Source of the DNA: Gemmatimonadota bacterium
Lineage (GTDB): Bacteria > Latescibacterota > UBA2968 > GCA-2709665
Assembly: GCA_028874335.1 (NCBI GenBank)
Contig: JAPPJY010000013.1
Location: 6,526-70,525, forward strand
Length of the DNA: 64,000 nt
Direction of reading: 5' to 3'
The position numbers and the translations under genes are program-made. Position 1 is the first letter of the stretch; each line of letters begins with the position of its first letter. Below the pieces are notes generated by a model. It ran no database searches. It saw only the letters and a program-made list of their open reading frames with translations, and was not told where the DNA came from. Positions 1 to 8,979 of this stretch are shown piece after piece.

Positions 1-232
1 TGTCGCCTTTCCGTTTTTTTGTCGTTTCGTGTTTTCCGCCTTTTTTATCGTATTCTCGCCGTTTCGCTCTTCACGGTTTCGCCTTTCGCCTTTTTTTCGT
101 GTCTATTCGCGTTTTTCGCAGTTTCGTCTTTTCGTAGTTATGTTGTTGCCCTTCGTTTGTTCGTATTCTCGTATTCTCGCCTATTCGTATTCTCGCCTAT
201 TCGTCTATTCGCATTCTCGCCTATTCGCCATC
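1..232. repeat. A-poor pyrimidine-rich low-complexity tract; 163-226 is eight tandem 8-nt units (GTATTCTC / GCCTATTC variants)
   Basis: Direct reading: units GTATTCTC, GTATTCTC, GCCTATTC, GTATTCTC, GCCTATTC, GTCTATTC, GCATTCTC, GCCTATTC at 163-226. Upstream 1-162 is a looser TTTCG/TTCGC-rich tract. It abuts the stop codon (221-223) of the minus-strand gene and the window edge. Confidence 0.8.
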
Positions 233-1156
233 GTAGTAATACGCGGGTTCTTCAACTTCAATTCGGCTCTTCTCGGTCAGGTGGATCGGACTCGACAACT
301 TCTGAATGACTTCCTGCTGAACGAGCCATTCACAGGCCGCTTCAAGGCCGCCGCCTTGGATCTTTTTTTCGAAATAATCGCTGATTTCCGAGAGTCTACG
401 CACTTCAGACGATTCCTCCAGGTAATTCAGCAGCGGGCGAAAGAGATCCGGCGTCCCTTCCTCCAGAAAATTGTTGACCAGATCGAGTACGCGTTTGACG
501 GACTCGCGCGTCTTGGACTGACTCACGAAGTCCGTGTAGACCGCGTCGAATAGCTGTGGATTGTATTTCAGCGCCTGATGGACCACTTCCCGGCCGGGCG
601 CTTCGTTGTGCAGGATCACCTGGATCGATGCCAGGTCGCGCACAACCTGCATGAGCCACCAGAAGCTGTATTCGTAGTCCATTTTCAGGTAGAAGTACTT
701 TTCGGCTTTGTTGAGCGACGGTATCAGAAAGCTTGCGTGTCTCAACAGTTGGTATGCCCGGTCTCTCGCTCCGATTTGATCGATGGCGTCGTACCATCTC
801 GCCACGGAATCGTCTTTCGTGAAAAGAAGGGTACTCGTCGAAAACGTAAAGTCCAGCCACCCTCCGGCGAGGTCGCCCTCGATCCGTCGTTTGAAAACGC
901 TGCGGGGAATGCGTTGCGCGTGGATGTTGACTTCGTCTTCACAGAGCGTTACATGTCCTTCTTTCACCCCATCCTGCATGATGATCCACAGATCGATGTC
1001 CGAATTCACCCAGACTTCGTCGTAGGACAGACTGCCAAACAGAATCGCAGCCAGTACCGTCCGGTCCGTTTCGAGTTTTCCGGCCAGAGACGACAGCGCG
1101 CTCCGGTAGTGTTTCCGGATTTCATCCGGAGTGTCAGGAAGCATCGAAAACTCCAT
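221..1156 (-). CDS. Nucleotidyltransferase-domain protein (Pol-beta fold)
   Basis: ORF 221..1189(-). Motif FGSLSYDEVWVNSDIDLW (GS...DxD). The internal Met MEFSMLPD at 1156 is the more plausible start, but the start is uncertain. Confidence 0.7.
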   Translation of the reverse strand: MEFSMLPDTPDEIRKHYRSALSSLAGKLETDRTVLAAILFGSLSYDEVWVNSDIDLWIIMQDGVKEGHVTLCEDEVNIHAQRIPRSVFKRRIEGDLAGGWLDFTFSTSTLLFTKDDSVARWYDAIDQIGARDRAYQLLRHASFLIPSLNKAEKYFYLKMDYEYSFWWLMQVVRDLASIQVILHNEAPGREVVHQALKYNPQLFDAVYTDFVSQSKTRESVKRVLDLVNNFLEEGTPDLFRPLLNYLEESSEVRRLSEISDYFEKKIQGGGLEAACEWLVQQEVIQKLSSPIHLTEKSRIEVEEPAYYYDGE

Positions 1157-1283
1157 CGTCACTATATTAATGAACGCGAGGCAGCACATGATATACGCAG
1201 GTACGAATCAGGTGTCAAGGTCAATTCCCCGAAAGCACCGGACTCCCGCGGCCCGCTTTCCACAATTTCCCACGGAGGAGCCG

Positions 1284-3689
1284 ATGGTTCATCAAATCCA
1301 GTCATGGATGCCGACTGTCGTCCTGTTAATCTGTCTGCTTACGGCATCCGGCGCCGCGTCCGCCGGCGAGTTCAGGCTCACGATTCTGCACAACAACGAC
1401 GGCGAGTCCCAGTTGATAAACGCCGGAGAGGGCCTGGAAGACTTCGGCGGCGTGGACCGATTCAAGACCCTGGTAGATCAGCTCAGAGCCGAAGCGCGGT
1501 TGGACGGCGGCGTACTCATGGTTTCATCGGGCGACAACTTCCTTGCAGGCCCCGAATTCAACGTCAGCCTCAGGCGTGCGGATTCCGACCCCTTCTACGA
1601 CACCCTGGCGATGGACCTGATCGGGTACGACGCAGTATGCATCGGAAACCACGACCTGGACTTCGGACCGGACATCCTGGCCAGATTCATTTCCGGTTAC
1701 AGCCTCACGCGCCCGCCGTATCTCAGCGCCAATCTGGACTTCGGGGACGAACCGGAACTGGCGGATCTCGTCCATTCCGGCCGAATCGCGGGGAGCGCGG
1801 TCGTCAGAGTCGGCGGCGAACGTATCGGCATCGTAGGCGCCACCACCCCGGACCTGGCGTTCATCTCCAGTCCGCGAAATGTGAGGGTCGACGGCAGGCT
1901 GCGGGAAGCTATCCAGTCCGAAGTGAACGGGCTGGCGCTGCGTGGGGTGAGTATCATCGTTCTGATCAGCCACCTCCAGTCCATTGACGACGATCTGGAG
2001 CTCGCGCGAGAATTGCGGGGCGTGGACGTGGTGATTGCGGGCGGCGGCGACGACCTCCTGGCGAATCCTGGAACGCTTCTTGTTCCCGGCGACGAAACCG
2101 AGATCTCCAGACCGTACCCGATAGTCGAACAGGGCGCAGATGGAAACGACGTCCACGTTGTCACCACCGCGGGGAATTATCGCTACGTGGGCCGGTTCGT
2201 GGCCAGTTTCAATGCTGCCGGCGTCATTACGGCAGTCGACCGGGACGCCAGCGGTCCGGTGCGGGTGGCCGGGGGCGGCCAGCCGGATGCCGTGGCCCCC
2301 GACCCGGAGGTCCGGAACCGGATCGTGGCCCCGGTCATTGATGCCCTTGCGTCCCTGGCTTCCAATCCAGTGGGAACATCGGAAGTTGCGCTCGACGGCG
2401 TGAGAAGTCGAATTCGGACCCGGGAGACCAACGAAGGCAACCTGGTGGCCGATGCCCTCCGGTGGCAGAGCGCGCAACTTGCCTCGTCGTTCGGCGTTCC
2501 CGATCCACAGGTGGGCATCGCGAACGGAGGGGGAATACGCAACGCCAGCGAGATTCCCGCCGGCGTGATATCCGAACTCACGACCTTCGACATGCTGCCA
2601 TTCCCCAACTTCGTCACCGTCGTGCCCGCCGTTCCTGCGGCACAATTCAAGGAAATCATGGAGAACGCGGTCTCGAGGGTAGAACGCACCTCAGGGCGAT
2701 TCGCTCAGATATCGGGCTTTACGATGGTCTGGAATCCGGACGCCGTCGCTCAGGAACTGGATGAGCGTGGAAACGTCGCGCAACCCGGCAGCCGTATTGT
2801 GGAGATTACCCTCGATACGGGCGCCGGCATCGTCGAAAACGGAAACGTCGTATCCGGCGCGCCGGACATTCACGTGGCAACCGTCGACTTCCTTGCCAGG
2901 GGTGGTGACCAATACCCCTATCGGGGCGCCCGCTTCACGCGTCTGGGCGTCACCTACCAGCAGGCGCTTGTCAATTTCATCAGGAAAGCCCTCAAGGGCC
3001 GGATCACGGCGGCGGCCTATCCGGAAGGTGGACAGGACCGGATTACGACCGGACAACCGACGCCGGCAGACGAGCCGAATGTACGCAACCGCTCTGTCGT
3101 ACACGTTTTCCTGACGCGAGACGACGTGCCGGTCCCGGAAGCACGGGTTGAATTCTCACGTTCCGTCTCCGGCCGCTCGAGCGTCTACCTGTGGAGAGGC
3201 ACAACAGACGCCGAAGGCCGCGCCACCATAGAAATCCGACCTGAAAGCCGTCGAAGCATCTCCGGCTACTACGCCGTTCGCGCAGTGGACATCGCGGGCG
3301 ATAAGATCTCCAAATGGGGTAGCGTCCCGATCAACGGCGGGCGGGAAATCACGCTCCTCCTGCCGGTGGGTGGCGTCGCCCGCGTGGAGGACGATAGTTC
3401 GCTGGCTCCGGAGACGCTGGCGCTTTATCCGAATACACCCAACCCGTTCAACCCCTCAACCCGGATTGTTTACCGGATCCCTGAACCGGGGCAGGTCGAC
3501 CTCACGATCTACAATGTACTGGGTCAGCAGGTCCGGGTTCTGGTACGGGATCACCAGGGTCGGGGCCGGTACGAGATCCTGTGGGACGGAAGGGACGGGT
3601 TCGGGCGTACCGTTTCCAGCGGCGTCTATTTCTATCGGCTGGCGCATCCGGGCGGCGCGCTCACCAATCGCATGCTTCTGGTTAAATGA
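1284..3689 (+). CDS. Secreted bifunctional metallophosphatase/5'-nucleotidase with T9SS-type C-terminal sorting domain
   Basis: ORF 1131..3689. ATG at 1284 follows GGAGGAG (1274-1280) and opens a signal peptide MVHQIQSWMPTVVLLICLLTASGAASA. Motifs SSGDNF and IGNHDLDFG are present. The first motif reads HNNDGES rather than NDxH. The last ~80 aa (FNPSTRIVY...GVYFYRL...LLVK) resemble a Por/T9SS CTD. Confidence 0.85.
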   Translation: MVHQIQSWMPTVVLLICLLTASGAASAGEFRLTILHNNDGESQLINAGEGLEDFGGVDRFKTLVDQLRAEARLDGGVLMVSSGDNFLAGPEFNVSLRRADSDPFYDTLAMDLIGYDAVCIGNHDLDFGPDILARFISGYSLTRPPYLSANLDFGDEPELADLVHSGRIAGSAVVRVGGERIGIVGATTPDLAFISSPRNVRVDGRLREAIQSEVNGLALRGVSIIVLISHLQSIDDDLELARELRGVDVVIAGGGDDLLANPGTLLVPGDETEISRPYPIVEQGADGNDVHVVTTAGNYRYVGRFVASFNAAGVITAVDRDASGPVRVAGGGQPDAVAPDPEVRNRIVAPVIDALASLASNPVGTSEVALDGVRSRIRTRETNEGNLVADALRWQSAQLASSFGVPDPQVGIANGGGIRNASEIPAGVISELTTFDMLPFPNFVTVVPAVPAAQFKEIMENAVSRVERTSGRFAQISGFTMVWNPDAVAQELDERGNVAQPGSRIVEITLDTGAGIVENGNVVSGAPDIHVATVDFLARGGDQYPYRGARFTRLGVTYQQALVNFIRKALKGRITAAAYPEGGQDRITTGQPTPADEPNVRNRSVVHVFLTRDDVPVPEARVEFSRSVSGRSSVYLWRGTTDAEGRATIEIRPESRRSISGYYAVRAVDIAGDKISKWGSVPINGGREITLLLPVGGVARVEDDSSLAPETLALYPNTPNPFNPSTRIVYRIPEPGQVDLTIYNVLGQQVRVLVRDHQGRGRYEILWDGRDGFGRTVSSGVYFYRLAHPGGALTNRMLLVK

Positions 3690-3815
3690 CGTTCGGTACA
3701 GACCTGACTCGCATCGGCAGCTTTCCGCCTTCCGGTCACTTGACGAAGCCGACGGTTTCCGGTATATTTCCGTACGGATCCCGGTAAGTTCTGTACTCTT
3801 CCGGAGACGGTAGGG

Positions 3816-4091
3816 ATGTTTTTTTCCTGCAGACGGATTCATCCTTTTGTCGTTTTCGCTCTGACAATTTTCACGGGCTACCTTGCGTTATTTCTGCTTG
3901 CCGCCTTTCCCGGACATGAACACGACCATCAGTGTGATTTCTGTGCGTGGTTCAGCAATCTGAGTATCGGTCTGCCTGCAGTACTGGCGCTGCAAATCTG
4001 GTTTCTGTATTTCAGGCAGGGATTTTCCTCGTTCCGTTCCCCGCGCTCTTCCCTCCTTCTGCCAGAAGGACGCGCGCCTCCCGTGTCCTGA
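3816..4091 (+). CDS. Small two-TM membrane protein with His/Cys cluster (HEHDHQCDFC), hypothetical
   Basis: ATG at 3816. Two hydrophobic segments (FVVFALTIFTGYLALFLLAAF, LSIGLPAVLALQIWFLYF) flank GHEHDHQCDFCAW. No recognisable family. Confidence 0.4.
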   Translation: MFFSCRRIHPFVVFALTIFTGYLALFLLAAFPGHEHDHQCDFCAWFSNLSIGLPAVLALQIWFLYFRQGFSSFRSPRSSLLLPEGRAPPVS

Positions 4092-4405
4092 TCCATCCTC
4101 ACGTGTCTTCCTGACACGTCCTTCGTACTTCCAGGTTTTTTCAAACAGGTCGTTCCAGGTCGGCCCTGGCTCGAATCCGCGCATGTAGGAACGTGGATCG
4201 GTTCTGCACGCGGATACACTCTCGGGACCGCGTATAGCGCAGTCCCGCCCCCCCGGGTTAGGCTACATCCGCAATGGCGGAAAACCAGCCCGGCGATTTG
4301 GCATTTCGCCAGCATGCCGGCAAATCCGCAGTTCGTCTACCGTGCCGGCGGATGCTCACGCGAGAATCGGGGCGAAGTGAGATTCCGGTACACAGGAGGA
4401 TGTTA

Positions 4406-5659
4406 ATGTTCAGCATGTTGAAGATGAAAACACCCCTGCACTGGATTACAGCGGCGGCGGTTCTTGCCGTGGTCGCGTCCGGTTGTGGAAAAGAAGACCC
4501 CATCACGCCACAGGAAGAGCATTACGAAGCCGAAGGCCTCGTCCTCCTCGACGGAGGACAGCGATTCTTCCGTTATTTCCAGGGCAGGATCGACTCGGGC
4601 GACGGCCGGGCGGAAGCCCTGGAAGTCCATCACGGCGAAGTCACCAGCAAGTGGAGCATCCGCTTCCTGGACAAAGACGGAAACGAAATGGCGCCCCCCA
4701 CCGGCGAGGGCTTCAGTTTCACGTGGGAAATCGCGGATAAGGATATTGTGGAAGTCGTCCAGGACGCGGGCGAAGCGGGCAAATTCGTCTTCGCCCTGCG
4801 TGGCCTCGAAGATGGCGAAACCACCATCAAGCTTCAGATCTCGCACGAAGGGCACGTGGACTTCACCACACAGCCGCTCCCGGTGCACGTAGTGGGCGAG
4901 TTCGAGGCGGAAGGGCTCGTCATCATCGAATCCGGCGTTCGATTCTTCCGCTATTTCCAGGGCGAGATCGACTCGGGCGAAGGTCGGGTATCTGAACTTA
5001 CGGCGCCGATTGGCCTGACGCCTCACTGGCGCATCATGTTTCTGGATGATCACGGAGAGGAAATAGACCCGCCGGACGATCCGGAATTCTCGTTCGCCTG
5101 GATCATTGCCGACTCCGACGTGCTCGAAGTCCACCAGGACGAGGGCGACGAGGGTTCATTCGAGTTCCACCTGCGCGGCTTGCAGGAGGGCGAAACCACC
5201 ATTGTATTTGGAGTCAGACACGAAGGCCACATTGACTTCCGCACACAACCCATTCCCGTACACGTGGAGTCACAGGAGGGCCAGCACGAGGAACCCGTGG
5301 GCGTTCGTCTCAAAGAGGAAGACAGCGGTGAGTTGCTCACACAGGCGCCCCTGAAGGGAGAAGGCGAAGCCACCGAGGCCCTGACCGTTGCTGCAGGCGA
5401 TACGACCGATCACATTGCGGCGTTCTTTTTCGACGAGCACGACGTGGAATTCCAGCCGGAAGCACCCGACGAGACGCTTGGGATTGCGGTGGCCGACACG
5501 TCGTTGCTCGCCATCGATCCACCGGTAGCGCCCGAATACTGGGCCTTCAGACTCATCGGCAAGAAGGCCGGCACCACCACCATAACCCTTTCCATTCTCC
5601 ACGACGGCGAGGCGGAAGACGAATTCGCGCCGATTTCGGTGGCGATCACCGCACCGTAG
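4406..5659 (+). CDS. Lipoprotein with three tandem ~120-aa repeats (HEGH-containing), hypothetical
   Basis: ORF 4274..5659. AGGAGG (4394-4399) lies 6 nt before the ATG at 4406. Lipobox LAVVASGC. Repeats at about 4526-4894, 4904-5266 and 5294-5656 share EAEGLV..FFRYFQG.IDSG.GR...F.F.W.IAD.D..EV.QD.G..G.F.F.LRGL..GETTI......HEGH.DF.TQP.PVHV. Confidence 0.8.
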   Translation: MFSMLKMKTPLHWITAAAVLAVVASGCGKEDPITPQEEHYEAEGLVLLDGGQRFFRYFQGRIDSGDGRAEALEVHHGEVTSKWSIRFLDKDGNEMAPPTGEGFSFTWEIADKDIVEVVQDAGEAGKFVFALRGLEDGETTIKLQISHEGHVDFTTQPLPVHVVGEFEAEGLVIIESGVRFFRYFQGEIDSGEGRVSELTAPIGLTPHWRIMFLDDHGEEIDPPDDPEFSFAWIIADSDVLEVHQDEGDEGSFEFHLRGLQEGETTIVFGVRHEGHIDFRTQPIPVHVESQEGQHEEPVGVRLKEEDSGELLTQAPLKGEGEATEALTVAAGDTTDHIAAFFFDEHDVEFQPEAPDETLGIAVADTSLLAIDPPVAPEYWAFRLIGKKAGTTTITLSILHDGEAEDEFAPISVAITAP

Positions 5660-5724
5660 CAGGAAACGCGGCGGGAGGGTTGTTCTCGCCCTCCCGCCAT
5701 CTGCAACGTCGGAGCACATTCCAG

Positions 5725-8001
5725 ATGGCTCACTTGTTCAGGATAACGTATCTGCACCCGGGTGACGGCTCCAGCCACCGTTTCGCCATCCGGATATCCT
5801 TCATCCTGTCGGCGCTCACGTTGCTGTTTCTGGGCTTTCCGGCGGGTATCAGTTCGGCAAATCGGGCCGCTTTAATCGAAGGGTACGTCTTCGACGGCGT
5901 GACCGGACTGCCCGTTTGGAACGTGAACGTGCAAACCCTGAATCACGCCACCGGCGCGTCGACGGACGAAAAAGGCCGATTCGTGCTCCACCTGTCGCCG
6001 GGCGACTATCGGTTGTCACTTACGCACGTCGGCTATCAGGAAACGCGCCACGAACTGAATGTCTCGGGAGCGAAGCATCCCGTTGTCTATCTGGAACTGG
6101 CGCGGCTGGACCACCGGCTGGACCCCATCGACGTTGTGGCCGAACGCGCTGAAACCCGATTTGAAGAACTGCATGAGGCCACCCGTGTGCTTTCGGGCGA
6201 CGAACTCAGGAAGAAATACAGCATCACGTTGGCCGAGACCATGAAGAATGAACTCGGCGTTGCCATCCAGAGCATGGGCCCGGCGCCGGCCCGCCCCGTC
6301 ATCCGCGGGCTCAGCGGCGACCGTGTACAGATCAACGTCGACGGCATTCAGTCTCAGGACCTCTCCGCAACGTCGGCTGACCATGCGGTAACGGTCGAAA
6401 CCTTCAACGCGGAACGCCTGGAAATCATCCGTGGGCCCCGCACGCTGCTGCACACGTCCACTGCCGGCGGCGGCGTGATCAACGTCGTCAAGCACAGGAT
6501 CCCCGAAACCCGGCCGGAGCGCTTCTTCGGGAGCGTGGGCGCCTACGGGGAAACGGCGAACCGGGGTTATTTCTCGTCCGCCGCTCTTACCACGCCCGTG
6601 GGGCCGCTCGCGTTGCACGCCGAGTCCACCTACCGGGATACCCGAGACATCCAGACCCCGGTCGGCCGGCTTGCCAATACGCCCATCAACACCAGAACCT
6701 ATGCCATCGGCGTGTCCTACGCGGGCGACCGGGGATACGTCGGCGCTTCTTTCGATGAATTCGACACTCAGTATGGCATTCCGGGCGGATTCATCGGCGC
6801 GCATCCCAACGGCGCGGACCTCGATATCGTTCGTCGGGTCTTCGACGGGAAGGCGGTCTATCGGTTCGACGGAGGAACGACGGACAGGTTTGAAGCGGGC
6901 TTCACAAAGGCCTATTACTACCACGTCGAGTACGAATCAAGCGGCAGGATCGGGTCCGAGTTCCTCTTTCACGACTACAGCGGCGATCTCAAACTCTACC
7001 TGAACACGGGAAACCAGGAGCAAAACACCGTTCTCACGGCCGGCTTCGAACATCGCAATCTCAAGCTGGGCGCTTTTGTCTTCACCCCGCCCACGCGGAA
7101 ACAGAACGTCAACTTCGGGCTGTACCACGAAACAACCTGGCGCAATATCGAACTGCAGGCCGCGGGCCGTTACGCCTATGCCACCTTTGACCCGCGCCTC
7201 CAGGCGATCTCCAGCACGAGTCTGGACGTTAACCGCACGTTCCATACATGGTCCGCGGCTTTCAGCCCGCTCGTGCCGCTTACCGACCAGCTGACCGCGG
7301 GCCTCAGCCTCAGCCGCTCCCAGCGCGCGCCCACCATCGAGGAACTCTACAACGAGGGACCGCACCTGGCCGCTTACACCTTCGAGAAGGGCAACGTCGA
7401 GCTCAATGCTGAACGCAGTCTCGGCGCGGAAGCATTCATCCACTACCTGCAGCCGGGATTCGACCTGGTCTTCACGGGATTCTGGAACGAATTCGACAAT
7501 TACATCGCGCCGCGAAATACGGGAGAAATCTACTATGCTCAGTTGCTTCCCATCTACGCCGCGGAGGGTATAGACGCGAGAATGATGGGCGTGGAATCCC
7601 ACCTGAAATGGCGTCCGAACGCGCGCCTGGAACTGGAGATTAACCTGAGCCACGTGCGCGGCGAAAACCGGGACGACCGTATGCCCCTGCCCGAAATGCC
7701 GCCGCTCAAGTTAGTGGGCAGCGCAACCTACAGGCACCCGTGGCTTACCTGTGGCGGAACGATGGAGTGGGCCGCAGGGCAGGAACGGGTGGATACCTAC
7801 GAAGACCCCACCGACGGTTATTCGGTCTTCGGCGTCTACGTACAGCGGGATTTCCTCACGAATCAGGCCCGCCACAGCTTTGTCCTTTCCCTTGAGAATC
7901 TGTTCGACACGGAATACCGCAACCACCTGTCGCGCATCCGATCCGTGATGCCCGAAACCGGCCGCAGCCTTAAACTGAACTACAAGATGTATTTCTTTTA
8001 G
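5725..8001 (+). CDS. TonB-dependent receptor with N-terminal carboxypeptidase-regulatory-like domain
   Basis: ORF 5680..8001. CarbopepD_reg-like segment GYVFDGVTGLPVWNVNVQ...GRFVLHLSPGDYRLSLTHVGYQ. Plug region IRGLSGDRVQINVDGIQ. Barrel ends in the terminal aromatic LNYKMYFF. Start at Met 5725 is uncertain. Confidence 0.9.
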   Translation: MAHLFRITYLHPGDGSSHRFAIRISFILSALTLLFLGFPAGISSANRAALIEGYVFDGVTGLPVWNVNVQTLNHATGASTDEKGRFVLHLSPGDYRLSLTHVGYQETRHELNVSGAKHPVVYLELARLDHRLDPIDVVAERAETRFEELHEATRVLSGDELRKKYSITLAETMKNELGVAIQSMGPAPARPVIRGLSGDRVQINVDGIQSQDLSATSADHAVTVETFNAERLEIIRGPRTLLHTSTAGGGVINVVKHRIPETRPERFFGSVGAYGETANRGYFSSAALTTPVGPLALHAESTYRDTRDIQTPVGRLANTPINTRTYAIGVSYAGDRGYVGASFDEFDTQYGIPGGFIGAHPNGADLDIVRRVFDGKAVYRFDGGTTDRFEAGFTKAYYYHVEYESSGRIGSEFLFHDYSGDLKLYLNTGNQEQNTVLTAGFEHRNLKLGAFVFTPPTRKQNVNFGLYHETTWRNIELQAAGRYAYATFDPRLQAISSTSLDVNRTFHTWSAAFSPLVPLTDQLTAGLSLSRSQRAPTIEELYNEGPHLAAYTFEKGNVELNAERSLGAEAFIHYLQPGFDLVFTGFWNEFDNYIAPRNTGEIYYAQLLPIYAAEGIDARMMGVESHLKWRPNARLELEINLSHVRGENRDDRMPLPEMPPLKLVGSATYRHPWLTCGGTMEWAAGQERVDTYEDPTDGYSVFGVYVQRDFLTNQARHSFVLSLENLFDTEYRNHLSRIRSVMPETGRSLKLNYKMYFF

Positions 8002-8077
8002 TTTCCACCTGGCGTCGCCCGCGAATGCGCCAGCGCTTGGCGTGCCGTCTTCCCAAAGTTGGACGATCGCTTGCAAC

Positions 8078-8109
8078 ACTAAGCCCCGAATCCAAAAATG
8101 GATCCGGGG
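8078..8109 (+). terminator. Hairpin downstream of the TonB receptor, flanked by 8-bp direct repeats CTTGCAAC
   Basis: CCCCGAATCC-AAAAAT-GGATCCGGGG (one mismatch). CTTGCAAC occurs at 8070-8077 and 8110-8117. There is no clear T-run, so terminator function is uncertain. Confidence 0.3.
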
Positions 8110-8210
8110 CTTGCAACTTTGCAGGCTTCACTTTATCTTAGAGGTTGAGAATCACAACAATTTCGGGGCCGAAGGAATTCACTCCGCATAGAAATCAGAG
8201 GAGGCCCTCC

Positions 8211-8453
8211 ATGGCTGAAACAAGGATTGATGAAGATGGCCATCTCCTGTTGCCGAGGGAAGTACTGGAGTATCTGCATCTGAATCCGGGAGACCGATTG
8301 AATCTTGTCATTCAGGACAATGGGGATGTGGTCTTAAGATCGAACCTGCGAGACGTTAGAGATTTGAAGGGAATTCTGCCACGTACGTCAAAGCGGGTCT
8401 CTGTTGCGGATATGAATCGGGCGATTCGGTTGCGAGGTAGCAAGACGAAATGA
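8211..8453 (+). CDS. vapB: AbrB/SpoVT-family antitoxin (VapB-like)
   Basis: ATG 8211 follows AGAGGAGG. MAETRIDEDGHLLLPREVLEYLHLNPGDRL is a swapped-hairpin AbrB-type N-terminus. Its stop overlaps the PIN gene start (ATGA). Confidence 0.8.
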   Translation: MAETRIDEDGHLLLPREVLEYLHLNPGDRLNLVIQDNGDVVLRSNLRDVRDLKGILPRTSKRVSVADMNRAIRLRGSKTK

Positions 8454-8836
8454 TGGGTTTGGATACCAACGTACTCGTTCGATATCTTACGCAAGATGAC
8501 CCCGAACAGTCGAGTATCGCAACACGACACATCGAAACGGATAACGAGTCATTTTTCATCACATCGACTGGCTTGTGCGAGCTTGTCTGGGTTCTGGAAA
8601 CGGCCTATGACTATGATCGATCGACAATTTCAGACACGCTAGGGGATATACTTCAGACGCGCCAATTCACCTTTGACGATAAGTTGTCGTTGGAAAAAGC
8701 ACTGTACGATTATCGAAATAGTAAAGGTGATTTTTCTGACTACGTACTCGGCCATAAGAGCAGACTGGCGGGATGTAACAAGACATTCACATTTGACCGT
8801 GCACTGAAAAACCACCCTCTATTCCAGTTACTTTGA
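8450..8836 (+). CDS. vapC: PIN-domain ribonuclease toxin (VapC-like)
   Basis: MMGLDTNVLVRYLTQDD carries the N-terminal acidic PIN signature. 128 aa. 4-nt overlap with the upstream antitoxin. Confidence 0.85.
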   Translation: MMGLDTNVLVRYLTQDDPEQSSIATRHIETDNESFFITSTGLCELVWVLETAYDYDRSTISDTLGDILQTRQFTFDDKLSLEKALYDYRNSKGDFSDYVLGHKSRLAGCNKTFTFDRALKNHPLFQLL

Positions 8837-8979
8837 ATAACGGAAACCCGTCGACATGCATCTTTCCTCAGGACTAAATACCCACCAACTTTACCGAACG
8901 TCCGGAACTTCCATACTACAGGGAAGCTCGGTGCCTTGATTCGCATGTGTTTCGATTCTGTCCGGCCCCGATCCCATCC

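Noticed and set aside
1-232. CRISPR array
   Set aside because: The repeat period is 8 nt with no spacers, and there are no cas genes in the window.
578-1987. 469-aa + strand ORF, extremely Arg/Pro-rich
   Set aside because: It lies antisense to the nucleotidyltransferase gene and out of frame over the 5'-nucleotidase start. The composition is typical of a GC-rich shadow frame, and it has no motifs.
4215-4250. tRNA-like D-arm string GTATAGCGCAGTCCC
   Set aside because: It is only a short hairpin (GGGAC...GTCCC). No acceptor stem, anticodon arm or T-loop (GGTTCGAATCC) can be built around it.
4092-4405. Possible riboswitch in the 310-nt leader of the lipoprotein/TonB-receptor operon
   Set aside because: I could not match TPP, cobalamin or other familiar riboswitch cores by eye. 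It is left as something to scan with Rfam, not claimed.
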